Positions 46,201 to 61,200 of a DNA stretch of 64,000 nucleotides are shown here, piece by piece. This DNA comes from Obrimoposthia wandeli (Eukaryota): NCBI GenBank assembly GCA_977020255.1, contig CDROCS010000956.1:434001-498000 (forward strand), in the 5' to 3' direction. Both the position numbers and the translations under genes were made by a program. The notes below the pieces were generated by a model. That model saw only the letters and a list, made by a program, of their open reading frames with translations, made no database searches and was not told the DNA's origin. The first letter of the stretch is position 1, and each line of letters starts with the position of its first letter.

Positions 46201-49200
46201 AATAACTTGGTCTTAACTTTTTTGAGAATCTTTTTGAAATCAAAATATGGAGGAGTTTGGGATATTTTGTCTTATCTTATGTTGTATAAAGTAAATATAG
46301 CTTTTAAATGGTACGTTTTGCTTTAAACTATTTCATATACATTATATTATTTATTATGAAATATGTCATATTCTAATATATGCTATATATTTTGTATTTT
46401 TTCAGTATTTATGTCTCAGCGAGATGGTAAAAATCAGTATTAAGTGTCATGAGACAACATTATCCATTGTTAAATAATGTTTAGGAAATTGTAGGGTTTG
46501 TAAAAGTATAAGTAGAAATATGTGTTCTCCAAATTTTTAAAGATATACTCGAATTATTTGTTAGAATCAGTGTGGCCTGCCTGTAAAATTTATCGTATAT
46601 AAATTTGTCTGAAAGCGGGCAATTTTTTTGTGGGCATAATTTCATTTTTACCAAACATGTTGACAGTGATAATAAAATATTTCTCTGTACTCAGTTATAA
46701 CAGTACAACAAATTCGCGATGGTATAGTACTCGTCCACAGTTAGAGGATATGGTTTCAATTATGGTTTCCATATTCAATTGTTGGTTACAGTCTAAGATT
46801 ACTGGCATGGAGTGCTAGTTTATTATCAGGAGAAAATGTAAATTTTGTCGAGGAAGTGAAAGCTGAAAATTGATATAAGACTAATTTAATTAGATTAAAC
46901 TTCATTACAGGTATCCGGGAAATCCTGGACCAAGTGCCGCAAGTATATTTGGTGGTTTATGGTCAATACAACGTCAGGCTTCATCAACAAGAACATGGTG
47001 AGATAAATTCCTACCTTCTTAATCCCTAGATAATTATTTTGCTCGTTGCTTAGTATGGGGGTTAACACACTCCAGCTATGTCAATCTTTCGTTTGTTATT
47101 TACACAGCAGTAAGATAACAAGGGTAATCGCGTAAAACCCTTTGATTCTCAGATGATCTTTTAACATATGTATCACACATTTTATGAATGCAAAGCACAC
47201 TAGCGTAGTTTTATTGGCATGTAATGACTGATATGCTTCATTTGATTAATATTTTCTATGTTCAGTTGGAGGATTTCGTACCGTGCCTGAAATTTTTCGA
47301 CATCTTGTATCCGTGTGACGATGAATCCTGGAGCTCCGAGCTGTTGACTGCCATGCCCCATCTGCAACCACATCATCAGCAGCAAGTGGTTCCCATCAGT
47401 CAACAGGATGTGTTTCTCATCTGCGGTCCTCTTATCCTGTGGCAACAACTTCTCCGCAAGTCGCACCACCAACAGTTGATGCCGGCTCCTCTGCCTCGAC
47501 AATTGCCGCGAGTGCTGCAGCCACTCGCAGAAGCAGTGACTGCACACGCACAGCAATTGCTGCAGCCACAACAACAGCATATGCAGCCGCCACAGAACGA
47601 GGCCGAATGGAATCTGCTGTTGTTGGTGCTCAACACCTTCAGCACCACTAATGACGCTACCGCTATCATCGGCCGACTGCTGGAAGTGCTGTGGGGCTTG
47701 CGCCCACCTCCTGCAGCCAGCACGCCGACCATGATGGATCAGCAATCTTTACTGGCTGCATCTGCGGCTGTCGCTGCATTGCAATCGGCCGGCCTGGACA
47801 GTCAGCAACAGCAACCACTATTCCAGTTGCCGTATGGCGTGTGTGGTCGAGGCAGGCCTGTGCTACTGACGCATGTCTGCATCTCTGTCATGACCATCCA
47901 CGTCAAGTTCCTCCTCAATCAGCTGCTAATGTACTCCCTCTTCTCCGAGACCCAAAATGCACTGCACATATCGCCACAGGTAATTACTACACTCGTTCTG
48001 TTTCCCTCAAACAATATTACTACAATATTCAAATCGTTCTGCGTCAGTTACTATTGGTTAGAATAGTAATAAATAATTGAATAAAAAGTTACAGTAAAAA
48101 TATATATATTTGCTAATGTTTTTGAACAATGCGAGATGAAATTATTCCTGTGGAAAAAACGTCCAATATTTTGAAGAAGGATCGCTTATAATGTCTCACG
48201 GAATGAGGTTCTCCATTACAGCTGTAAATCCTCAGGTGTTGATGACAAATGGTATGACAGACTTCAGCATTGGTGCTCTGACATACATTAGTAGTATATC
48301 TCATTTTCATCCAACACGAATGCAGACAATAAGCCAGATATTGATACGAATATTTTATCCATAAACAACCGTACAAACATTGTTCTGAATATTTAGATAT
48401 ATTTATTGGCTTTAGTTTCGTTTCATTGCGTTGCATTATGCTTCTAACTTCTAAATTGATATGGAAAAACAATATTATACTACTGCACATTATCGATTTG
48501 GGAATATAATATTATTATATGCCCCATCGGCAAAATTCTCTCCTTCAGTCAATTTGGATGAGAATGTTTTCTACAGATAAAATAATAGCGTCACAATAGC
48601 CTTTTAACTCAATGTGGTAGAAAATATTATACTATTATATATAATATTATTTCACAAATACGGTCATTTAGTACACAATATAAAGAACTACACAAAACAC
48701 GAAGTCAACAAAATATTCAATAATATAAGTATTTTATTCAATTAAAGAACTACAAAGATCATGTTTCATTGGAATTGATATCTTTTGTATCAGCGAAGGG
48801 CTTCTGAGTTATTTAAAAAAATATTTTAAATGCTTTGAAAGTTTCACTTGAAGTTGTCTCTTGTATCTGGTCACCGGTAACAACATCTTCATCTTTTCGC
48901 ATTGCATTGATTCAGTATCTCCTTTGATCTTATTTTTTAAAGAACCTACTCGATTGACATTGTACATGCTATCTCAAATCTATCTGCCAATTCTATTTTC
49001 ATTGGGTCTTCTAGGTCAGCTGTAAGTCATACTTTAAAAAAACGTTTGAATGATAAAGAATGTTAAATCTGTTGATCAAAATGCAATTTGTATAAATGAG
49101 ATATAGTAATAGGATGCAATTTGACTATTTATGTGTTTGTAAATATTATAGCCACAGCAACTGTCAATGACTAGAACTATAAAATATCGTCAGAAAACGT

Positions 49201-52200
49201 AACTTTTTTGTATATATTATTGCCATCATTTACTTTCAATTGTCAGTATGATATAATTTTTATGTTTAACCCATTAACAGCCAAATTATTTCTCTTATTT
49301 CATAAAACGTTTTTTTCAATTTATTTTTCTACATTACAATTTTCGTAACTCAGTTGTACTTTGTTGTATGTCATTGAGATTTATATAAAATAATCTTATT
49401 TATTTCCTAGGATGTTTTACATATATTAATAAAAAATTAATTAAATTTAAATATTTTTAACTGATCGCTAAATATATCAGTGTGAGTTAATGTTTTAACA
49501 ATGTATTTGTAATATTTTAGAAATTGAAACTCGATTCTAATGAGAACCTCCTCAGGTTGTCGAGTCATTTTGTCGCCTGGTACTGCATCGAGAGATTGAT
49601 TCTCAGCACTTGTGCAAATTTCTTGACTTGTTCCAAAAGCGTGGCCTGAATATTCTGCACCCGCCTCCTCCCTCTGAGCTGACGGGAGCCGGGGCTTCTT
49701 CGCATTCGCCGGGTCTCTCAGGCAATGGCTCTGGCGTTGCTTCTGCTAAACACAGTGACCGGGCTCTCTTCTTCACCATGCTGGATATACTCACCCATCG
49801 ACTATCGCATTATCTCACCCCAGAAACGTCGATGCACCTCACCACTGCTATCGCAGCCAGACTCAGTGTAAGCTCTGACCTGCTGTCCCTACAGACGCAT
49901 TTCTTGCTCGACCACAGTCTACTGCAGATGATGCGCCTTTTCCAGAAGCCGGATTTGGCGCTTTATGGACTGTGTCCCAGCAAGTGAGTTGGGATTGGTA
50001 AAGAAAAAATATTTAACCTTATATTTGTTTAACAAAACTACTTAAATTGACTAAAGCCATTTATATCTAAAACACTGGGAAATTAAATATATTTGTATCA
50101 TATTTTGCCCAGTTGTATAATATGCGACTTTAAAGTAAGGATATACATTGTTCAATATCCGATCATTGTGACTAATTTTCACGCAAACCTAACAATTCGC
50201 TAATATAATATTTTTTTAATTCAAAGTAATTACTTTATTTGTTTAACATACTTGTCTAAATTTACTAATACAAAAAATATATACTTATTTTTTCTAAATT
50301 AAATATTTCTTTAAAGTAATTTCTTAAAGGTATATAAACAATTTTTTTAAAATTTGGTCTAGGGTTTAATCTTTATTTCAGAACTTATGCTCGGGAACTT
50401 TGACGTATGAAATATACAGTATTTGTGCCAAGTTTTAAAAAAAAAAATTTGTGTGTTTTGGTGCTATTTCAGATGAATTCTAAGCTTTACTATGTTGATA
50501 TGTGTTCCTTCTGTATCAGTAACAAATGCCAGAAGAACGTGGCTGTCAATGTGAAGCTGATCGGTGAATCGGAAGAGTATGGGAAGCTGAGTCTTCTGAC
50601 CCTTTTCCAAGTGTTCAAGGCCTACGAAATGGAGGAGGTGGCCAATTGGAGCAGCCTTATTCAGGAAACAATGCGCTCTATCCTGGACCGTGCTACAGCT
50701 TCTGGCAGCAACAATAGCAACTCGACAACTGTAAACGTACTCAAGGTAGGGTAATTTTTCTTTCCCCTATTTTTTGTTGTTGGAAAAGGAACGTATAATA
50801 TCAGATTGTTTCGGTTCAAATAAAATTTGATTTAAATTATAAAATTAAAAAGATAACTTTTAAACGGCTCCTTGACATATTTATTGAAAAAATTCGTCCG
50901 TACTCACTTTCCTCTTTAAGTAGTGACAAATTCGCGATGATTTAGCGCTCGTTCACGGATAAAGTTTATTGTTTAACATGGTAACATTTATGTCATCAAA
51001 AAGGCATTATTAAAGCATTATTTGTTAATCAGAAAAGACTCATTTTTCTTCACAATATTGTCACATGTTTTGATTCGAACGCACGAGACATCGAGGAACT
51101 TGAAGTATGAACCTTGCCACATCCTTCATATTCGCCGAATCTGGCTCCAATCGATTTTCATTGTGATTAATTATAGCTTCAATATGTGGGTATTTATCTT
51201 GTATTTTTATTTATTAAAATGAACGTGAATTAGGCAGCAATCTTATGTGATAGGTTAAGATTGTTTTAATAAGGCAAACCAAATTATTTTTGATTTATTC
51301 AGTATAATTAAGATTTTTTTCATTTTCTCTGTCCTTTGAAAGATATAAATTTAATATTCGTTCTTATGAAAATTCAACATTTAACTTTCAAAAATCTTAA
51401 GCAGGAATATATTGAAATATTTTATTTTTGATTTTGAAATCTTCAGTCTAAACAAGTGGTTCTCAACCTTCATGTTTAAGAATTTCATTACCCCTTGGCA
51501 GAGTGATGGAACTGGTCGATTTCTCTGCCATGAAACTTAGATCATATTTTATTATCTGAAAAATAATAGTTCAATGGTGCTTCAAAAATAGCTCAAATCT
51601 TAACAACCTTGAAAAGGTTTGGTGGATGCAAACTTGAAAATGTAACCACAAAACCGCAGGCCATATCCATAGTCATTTATTATTAAAAAGTCGTTGCGCT
51701 TATATCCAGGAAACCCTTAGCAAACTTATCAAAGTAATGCCTCGTAGAAAGCAAGGAACAAAGAGAGTACAAAATTGTTCTGTTGATTTAATGTAAATAA
51801 GTATATATAGTGCCTTTTTTCAATTCGAAGTGATCCTTAGTTGATTCATATGCAATATTTGAGTTGAATGCATTTAAAATTGAATTGGCCAATTCTGAGC
51901 TTGATAGCAATACTTAGGGTTTTACGGAAATAAATTGATTTATTATCTCTTTGTGTTCTATGTACCTCAATAAGTAATTCATTTACCTGTCTATTAATTC
52001 ACTAAATCCGCAGCTCAACCAACTGCAACTGAGGGAAGTGCCAGAATCGATTTTAAAACTCAGTCAAGTGCAAAGTATGCTTGGTCACAATTCTGCAGCG
52101 TCTGCACACTCTAGTTACCGGGACTTCGAGACCGGTAACCCTGGCAATGACCCTGACAACATTGTGTGTCACACCGGCTTTGGAGCTTTTGTGTTTCCGC

Positions 52201-55200
52201 GCGGTGAAGTCCGCGAATTCGACAACATCGTTCTTCAAATTGAGAATCTTGTATCAAGTGAGTTTCATTAAAGCTCGCAAATTACAAATATTCTCTATAT
52301 GGTCATTTTTATTGCTATCCTTTACTGTCTGTCTAATATCTCAGATGGAGAAACATATTAAAGTGTTTACTATGGAAATATTATTTTTTAATTGGACAAT
52401 TTTCAAGATTCACTAAGAGATATGTATATTTTTGTAACTTCTAATAAATAAAGCCAATTTCTTACATAACTTTGCACGATAAATTTCAAATATTCTCGTT
52501 AGTTTTTAGTCGAAGATTTCATTGTCTGTTTTAGGTCTTTATTTCTCAGAATATTAAAATTCGAATTTCCCTATATATTTATTTTCAATATTAATATATC
52601 CCCAAATAACTTTCATATATTATGCTTTTTTTGTATAATTAAAATAATTTTGAATTCAATTCTGACATTAATTGGTATTAAATTAATTTTTTAAAGATAA
52701 TGTTATACTGACTCTTATGTTGAAATACATATCTACAGCTCTATAGAGCAATGAATTTTTGACAATCCAATCTTGATGAATCAACCTTGAACAAGGGAAG
52801 TTTTTGGTGGAAATTACAGATTTTTATAATATTTTAAAATTTCCTTATTTATATTAAAACAATTTGGTTGGTGAAATAGTGGATCTCCAAATTATTTTTT
52901 AAAGATAATTATATATTTATATTCTTATTTATTTTTTAAAGTTAAACTTGTAATTATTTAGTAAGTATTTCTCATAATTATTTCGTTCTTGGTATTTTTG
53001 AAGGTTTATAAATCTTTTCAACTTTACTTAACATCAAAGTGACTTCATTAAATAGATTTGTTTCATTTTTAAATTGTTTGAAAATACAAATTATGAAACC
53101 CTTAGCAACGTAGCATTTACAAAATATTATGTATAAATTTAATAATTTGATTGCTTTATATTTTGAATAATGATTTTGGGAGAATATATTGAAACACTCT
53201 TGATAAATATTTTGGAGAATATTTTATAAATAGGAATAACATTTGTGATTTCCACTTCGATAACTTCCCTTGTGAGTTCGTAACCATAATAAAAAAACAA
53301 AATTCATCAGATAATGATTACAAATCTTTCCCGTAATGTGTTGAGTCATTGAGAAATCTGTATTTTAAAAAACTATCAACATATGATTTGACACATATTC
53401 TGCTATCTCTAATTGTTGGAAACTTTATATAATATAAAATAGACAATTATTAATCTCGCCTGCACACAGATAATGTGAGTATGTCGAACTGGAAGGTGGA
53501 GCACTGGATGAAGCAGTTAAGCTCGCCTCGTTATTTCTGCCTGCTGTTGCGAGCTGTACTGGACCGCCAGAATTTGCATCTGACAGTTCTCTCGTACGCC
53601 ATCGCGGACCAACTGTCGCTGCGCGCTGTAGACGCCAATATGCGCCTACTGTGCGACTACGTGATGGCTAATATGCTTCTGGCGGTGCGCCGAGTTCCCA
53701 GCGAGCCGGGCTTCAGGGTTTACACCATCGAGCAGTTACTGGATGCACTAGACACCTTCATCAGCAAGGTAGGAGCAGTCACAAACATTCTAATGTGAAC
53801 TTTTCAACTGATAAATTAAAGTGTCGATTCGTTTTTAATGATTCTATAATTGTCGTTAAGAAACATCGTTGTACATTCAATGCGAGTCTCTTTGCATTCC
53901 ACCAGTGAACAGATTATACATTAATTTAACTCCATGTTTTCAGTACCAAGTGGTTCCTCTGGATCGGTTGATTGTGTTTCTACTCAATCGAGACTACCGC
54001 AATGATATGTGGCGGCTCGTTTTCTACCTAATCAATGGTCTCATCACACGCTCTCAAGTTTGTTTACAACTTCATTTTTACCACATTAATCAAAACTGAG
54101 AAAAGCACCTAATATTCCTGTAATGTATCTTCCTTTTCGTACAGGCTCTCAACCAGTGCGTGTCGTTGCTGACAGAACATGCCACAAACCAAGGTCTCCA
54201 GGGAGGAAATCCCTGTCACCTTGACAATTGGCATGACCTCCATTTAGCACTACATGCCCAGAGTCCAGAGGTGAACGCCAGTGCCTACAACAATGCTACT
54301 GCAAATTCTGCTGCCGGTTCTCCAGGAAATGGAGCTGGCCTAGGGCCACCAGGAAATGGTTTTGCTGTCTCCCTGATGCCACAATACTACAACCACCTAG
54401 TTCTACGGATGGTGCCGGTTTGCGAGGTCATCATCAGTGTGTTGAGCCACATCCCGCAAGCAATTTCAACCATGGACGGCTTCTTTGAGCTGGCGACCAA
54501 GCTCTTCCGCTTCCATAGTGAGTCTTATTAATTTTTTTCTCCATCTGTCCTGTGTGTACGTATAGTTTTCAGTATGACACATAGCTGGAAACGGTCGGTA
54601 AATTAAAAAGACAAAACACTGTTTAAAAAAATAATTGTTTGTCAAAAATTTATTATTTGAATAAAAATAGATTTTTTTTTCTTGCATGACATATGTTGTA
54701 ATTCTTAAATTCTTCACAAACATATTACTTACATATATATTAATTTGCCAGCTGGTCCGGCCTTGTAGGATATTTCCAGTCCGTTCCAGCTCTGGTATGT
54801 ATACATGATTATAATTAGAATATTTGAACCCAGATCCTCTTCATCTTTCAGCAAACTTCACGTAGATTGTTATTTGTGTTTTTCCGGAATATCATTAAAT
54901 TTATTCTCACTTTTTTCATTGGCATCCCTGTGGTTGCGATCGTATATCCGTTACTGTGGCAACATCATACAGGCTGTCCTCTCTACTTCTGCTACGTGCT
55001 GCTGCGCAGTCAGTCAGCATCGTTATGGAGTCCAGAAATGGGCCGCGTAATGCACAAACTGGTTAGCCACACGATGTTGGCTCAGCACGAACGCTATTTC
55101 TCCGAGATAGGCTGGCGCCAGATTTCCATGACAGCCGTTGTCACGGACTCGGGAGAGCAGCTAAGCGAACAGTGCGAGCAGCTCTGTCGACAGCTGTTCC

Positions 55201-58200
55201 AACGCATCGTCGCCCACAGCAACGGCAGCTCCCCGGAAACAGCTGCAACGACATCGGCAAATTGGCGACAGGAGCCCAGCTGCAGCAGTATCAGTCAGCT
55301 GTTGTACTCTGCGGCTATCGAGATTATGCTGTTCTCAGCCGGCAGCGGTGGCACTATTTGCCACAAGATGATAGACGCTATGGTGAAACTATGCTATGAG
55401 CTGTGAGTGGTTCCATTACTTACGAAAAACAAGTAAATATCGTTCGCTTAAAGCAGGTTAAGCACACGCAACTTTTATAATTTAAAAATAAAACCTTCTA
55501 GTGACTTTTCCAGCACTAGTGGTTTAGTGACAACACAGTACGGTCCTGTGGCAGACTTGATGTAGCAACGCATCGATTATTCTCAAATTCTTGTTCATAA
55601 TCCTCGTGTCTTAACAAGATTTCCCAGTATTCGAGGGGAATGTTCACATGTGTGGGTAGTTCCGAAAAGTGGTGATATGAAAACAGCCTGAATATTACAT
55701 GAAAATCGTTCATAGTCGAAACTTTCATTAATTTAAATTATGAATCACTGTGCAGTATACCCAGAAATAAAAAGTCGTGTCATTATAAAAATATCAAAAA
55801 CATGGGGTCTTGTGGGAATATAAATCACTTATATAATGTTCAAAGTGACTCCTTGTTTTTTCTCATTGTTTACCCATTCAGCTGTAGAGAGTAATACGGC
55901 TAGTAAATGATTATTCAAGCAATGCAACATTAAATGCTTAACTGGCGTTTATTTGTTAAACTGGTCGTCATATGCGCATTAGAAGCAGACCATAGTTCAG
56001 TTAAAATACACAAGAAGGCAACGTGGACTGCAAGTTAGCCACCCCTGGTTTGAAACAAATTGAAATACTCTTTAAAATATATTTTTTTGTAATTGTAATT
56101 AAAAGTTAGAGCTTTCAAATTCGATATTTATTATTTCCGGCCATGTTCGAAATATGTACTATCGTTTGTAATTATAATTATTTCTTCAGCCGATTCACCA
56201 AAGGAGATCAGTTCCAACGACATGTCAATGCTTTCGGGATCCTGATGGGCTTGTTACCGGTTTGTTACTGTTTGTTACTGCTTGTAGTATTTTTGAGGGG
56301 AAAATTATATAATTTCTCTTTATAATTGCCTCATAACATAACTTGTTCAACGCTATTTTTCTATTAAATCCCTAAGTAACACTTCAAATGCAAAAATCAA
56401 TTACATAAAAAATCTTTACATCAGCTATTTTTAATCTTTAAAAAAATTACAAATATGTGTGGCACAAAAATACGAATGGCTACAAAAAAGCTGGCGATAT
56501 ATTTAGTATAAACATAATTCAAATGTCATTAACAAATTTAAGAAATACCTCAATGCAAATATGTATTGTGGATAACACAGTTTGTACCAATCACATAAAT
56601 CGAGAACAACTCAAACTTAGGATCAAGTAAATTTGGCACCCCGACGGGGTGCCAAATTGACCTGATCATTTTTAAACAAAACAACACGAAATCAAATATT
56701 TATTGTATAAATTATCATATTATTATAATATATGCTATTTTAGATTATTATAATTTTTAAAAAAAGTATGATCTGAATAACAATTTAAAATTAAATCCAT
56801 AATTTTTTAATTATTTTTTTTTATATCCCTATAATGAATATTGGTGAAATGATCACAATCGTAGAGACTTACGATGATAAAGCATTGCTGTTATTTCTAA
56901 TTCAAAAAGAAATAATAAAAGGTGAAATGAATTGCAATCAATGCAGTCAGGCTTGTGATTTGAAGCCTACAACAAAGTCAAATGACTGTTACCAGTGGAG
57001 GTGCATGAATGGTAGATGTGCTTCCTACCAAACCACTTTATCAGTGAAGAATGGGTCATGGTTCCATAATTTCACACTATCACTTAGAACAATTCTCAAG
57101 GTTTTGATTCACTTATCAAACGGGTTGAAAAGTACTGAAATAATGAACTATGTCAGTATTAGTAAACCTGTTATGATAAAAATCAAAAAACTGGCTATTA
57201 AGATGATGAGTAATTATTTTCTTTTTAATCCTATTCGTTTAGGAGGGCCAGGGGTAATCGTTCAGGTAGATGAAGTTATGGTTAACCATGCCGTTAAAAG
57301 TCATAGGGGAAGAGCACCAGTAAGACAAACGTGGGTCTTGTGTATCGTGGATACATCTACCACGCCATCTAAAGGGTACTGTACTGTTTTACCAAACAGA
57401 AGGGCTGATACAATTCTCCCAATAATATCATCAAGAGTAAGAGCAAACAGCATCATTCACTCAGATGAGTTTGTGAGCTACCGCAGATTGGGTGCTGACC
57501 AGTCCTATACTCATAGGACTGTGTGTCATAAATACAACTTTGTTTGTCCTGATACTGGTGTCCACACACAAAATGTGGAGAGCTATAACAACAAGCTCAA
57601 ATTGGCAATAAAAGAAAGGAGAGGGGTTAAGGCAGATTGTCATGAAGACTTTCTCACTGAATTTTTGTGGTACGATTGGAATGGAAAGGGAAATATTGAA
57701 TGTTTTTTGAATTTATTCAAAATAATGTGAAATAAATGTGTTGATTGAGATTATTTTATTTATTATAAATTTTTTTACTATAATTCTATAATTATGTATT
57801 TATACATCGGGGTGGCAAATTGACCTGATCCATTTTCGGGGTGGCAAATTGACCTGATCCCAAACTTACACAGAACAACAATATTTTATACAGGTCAATT
57901 ATTTCTATATGGTTACTTATTTGTGTATCTAGTAAGTTATATTTTATTTTACTATTGCACAATTATTTAATTTAAGAGAATATTATTTGAAGAAAAAATA
58001 TACAATGCCAAAATATTACCCGTACTCAAAGTAAAACCAAATCGAAAATAAGGGGAAACCCTACAAATAATAACTGTTACAAAAACATTTAAGACGGTTT
58101 TTATGGTCTGTTAAGTAGCTCTTCTAATCCAACCAGTAGCAGTGAATAAGTGGTCTCAAGAACTCATCCATTGTACCCACATTTCTCGCATGTATGTTTT

Positions 58201-61200
58201 GAAACTTGGTATAATAATTGTCGAGCATAAGAATTGGATTTTTCAAGACTGAACATTTGTGAAATTAATCCTCATTTATAATTATTTGAATGAAAGGGTT
58301 AAAGAATGGTGAAAAAGCATAGTAAGCAAAATGAGTTAGAACTGTCGAAAAGTTAAGAAAATATAGTGCTTCAGTTACGAATTGTCATCTTCCAAAGAAG
58401 CTCGAAGAGCATCCCTAAGATCGCTTAACAAAGGCTTTATGTTAAACTATGAAAATGACAAACTCATTTAACTAAAGAAACGGCAATACATCACTTTTCA
58501 GCTTACCATTTTTTAAAAGTTTAAACATTTTAATTTAATTTATTAAATCAAAAACTAAGATAATAGGATCATTTATCGCAATTATCAAATAAAAATTGTA
58601 AACAAAATGTTTCCGGCCTTCCAATTGGCCAATTTGATTTGGTGATTTCGTAAAACACAATCATCGGTAATTACTACAACAAAAGGTTTTAGCTAATTCC
58701 ATCCTGAATGTTTAAATGTCTTATATGATAGTTAGGATATCCATCTTGTCGCTTCTGCAGAAGGAGTTCCGTCAACTGACAACGCAGCAGCTGAGTAAGA
58801 TGCTCCAGAATCCGCTTCTTCAGTCCCCTAATTTCCTGGACCGGTTCTTCAGCGATCTGCTGGCCGATGACTGGGAAGAGAATGGGCGCATGGCTGCAGC
58901 CTGTGGTAGTGATGATCAGCGCGAGATGGCGGACCTACAAGTGCAACTGTGTCTCTGGCACTCGCTGTGGAGCCACGCAAATACCACTCAGATCACCAAC
59001 TCCGTCAGGTGCGTATTTATTCATTTTCAAAGCTACACTGTGATTATTTTTGTCAGACATGAGATTGATCTTTACAGTTAATTAGTGACAAAAAGTTGTG
59101 TATATTCAAAAACAGCTTATATTGTGGCTTTGAACTCATCTAACTTCAAACGTGTTCTCTTTTATACTAAGTTTTCCATATCCCCCACAAGAAAAAGGGA
59201 ACAGTGCTGAGTTTGCGATTGCGCGGAGGCCATTCTGTTGGTCCATCTTCCAATCTATCGGTTAACAAAATTTTCATTTAACCAGTGGACATTCTAGAAT
59301 TTAGTCATAATAAAAATCAATTATTAAAAATAAAGATAGTAAAGTAAATTAGTAAGAAAATCATTTGCTCAAAAATCTTCTTAATTTTTACTGCATCGCT
59401 TTGATGGACATTTTTCTGTCATTCAATTTTATACTCCGTCATATTTTAGGCCGGATAATGCAAGGGCGTATGTTTAACAATACAATAAATAATTAAAGTT
59501 ATATAATACAAGTAGAATTTAACTTCACCAGTTTCCATCGAACAGTTATAGAAGAAGTATACTAAGACTGCTCCACCAAGTCCAACAATAATTGCATTCT
59601 TTAACAAATTTAAGTTTACTAAGTATTATAGTAGATGGTATAAAAAGATATAGCATGTGCTTTTAATGAAATGTGCGTATATGTTTGGACTTTGAGGGAT
59701 CGCAGTAGAAAAAATGCTATTAATGCCGAAGGAAAAAAATTAAAAATTTATAGTATATACGTGTGCTCTTGGAATGTTGTGAATTTTGGTTCAATTCAAA
59801 TTATAGCTTTGAATTATTTGAAGTTGAACCATGTTCTTCATACATTTAACGTAATCATAAAGTAACTATATTCTTTTTTTGAGAAAACTCCTAGTGATAT
59901 TTAAACTAATTAACCAAATGGCATAATCTACACAATGGAGATTTACTTAACTGCACTTTTAAGTGCGTAATAAAACCTGTTCCTGCTGTTATTCACAAGC
60001 CAGCTGTAATGGTTTACAATTAATAAGAGTGACATCACAGTAATGATTGAAAATTGTGTCATAAATTGCCACACAATTGGCCATTTAGCGAACCATTTAA
60101 CTTCATAATTGAGGAATAAAAAAGTTAAAATAACATTAAAAGGTAGTTTAACTTTAATGTTACGATTTCGAGGCCGCGTTTAACAATTTATTTGATACAG
60201 CCTTGAGATTTTGCCATATTTACGAGTAATTTTTGCCAATCACTGCTCTTATATATCGTAGTAAAGATGCTACTTAGAGAGCAACAATTTTAACTCGTGC
60301 ATTTTTTGACACGAACATGAAAATTCATTTAAGAAATAAGATTAAAAAGCAATTTTAAAAAATAATCATACAAATTAAAATAGAGGTAATGTAAATATTA
60401 ACTTTATGGTTATTCGAAATTTATGCTTCAAAGTTATGAAATTCGACTGTAACAGACTTTAGGATTTATGATTTTCTTTGTAGTGAAACTTCATCGAACA
60501 TGTTAAAGATGAAATATTAGATTTTTGTTAAATTTAATGCTCTAAACATTATCTAAAAATATTTAATGATAAAAAGTATTCAAACGAGAAAAAAAATTAA
60601 ACATTTTTACTGAAGTACCTAAATGTGGTAAAAGTAGTTAAAGCAAAATTGAACAAATTCGCTTTTTGTCGTTTGGACTATTATTATGTAAAGCTTGATT
60701 TTTCTGTGTATTGTTCATGTAAATTTCTTGTATGCAGCTACTTCCACGAGTTTGTGAGACCGTTTGTCGACACAGAGGCGCAGTTTTTGCTGGCTTGTCA
60801 CATGTGTGGTCCATTAATGTGGCCCCTACAGACAGATAAGACTGGCAAATTGATTGAGGTGAGTGCAAATCATTTTAGGACAGAAATGAATATAAAGAGT
60901 GCAGATTTTTATACTCTGATTGTGTCGTAGTTATACAAATTTAATTACAGATTCTTTCATTGAAAACATGGAAAATATATTTATATTACATTTCGCCAAG
61001 TTTTCTACTTACACATAAAAGTAATTTAAACTTTGAAATTTATGTTTTGTGAAAAAAGTGTGTATTCTGTAAAGCTCAGGAGGGTCAAAAACCAATCATT
61101 ACCTATGGCATGTGTACAAAATGTCGTATATTTTGTACCTCAACCATACATTAACAAAAGTTTTATTAAATACCACAGAAAATGAATTTTAATATTTTTT

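Noticed and set aside
47200-47745. Antisense and alternate-frame ORFs over GC-richer exons (also 18458-18871, 20801-21109, 26559-26862, 29350-29701)
   Set aside because: Shadows of real coding exons on the other strand or frame; no independent motifs.
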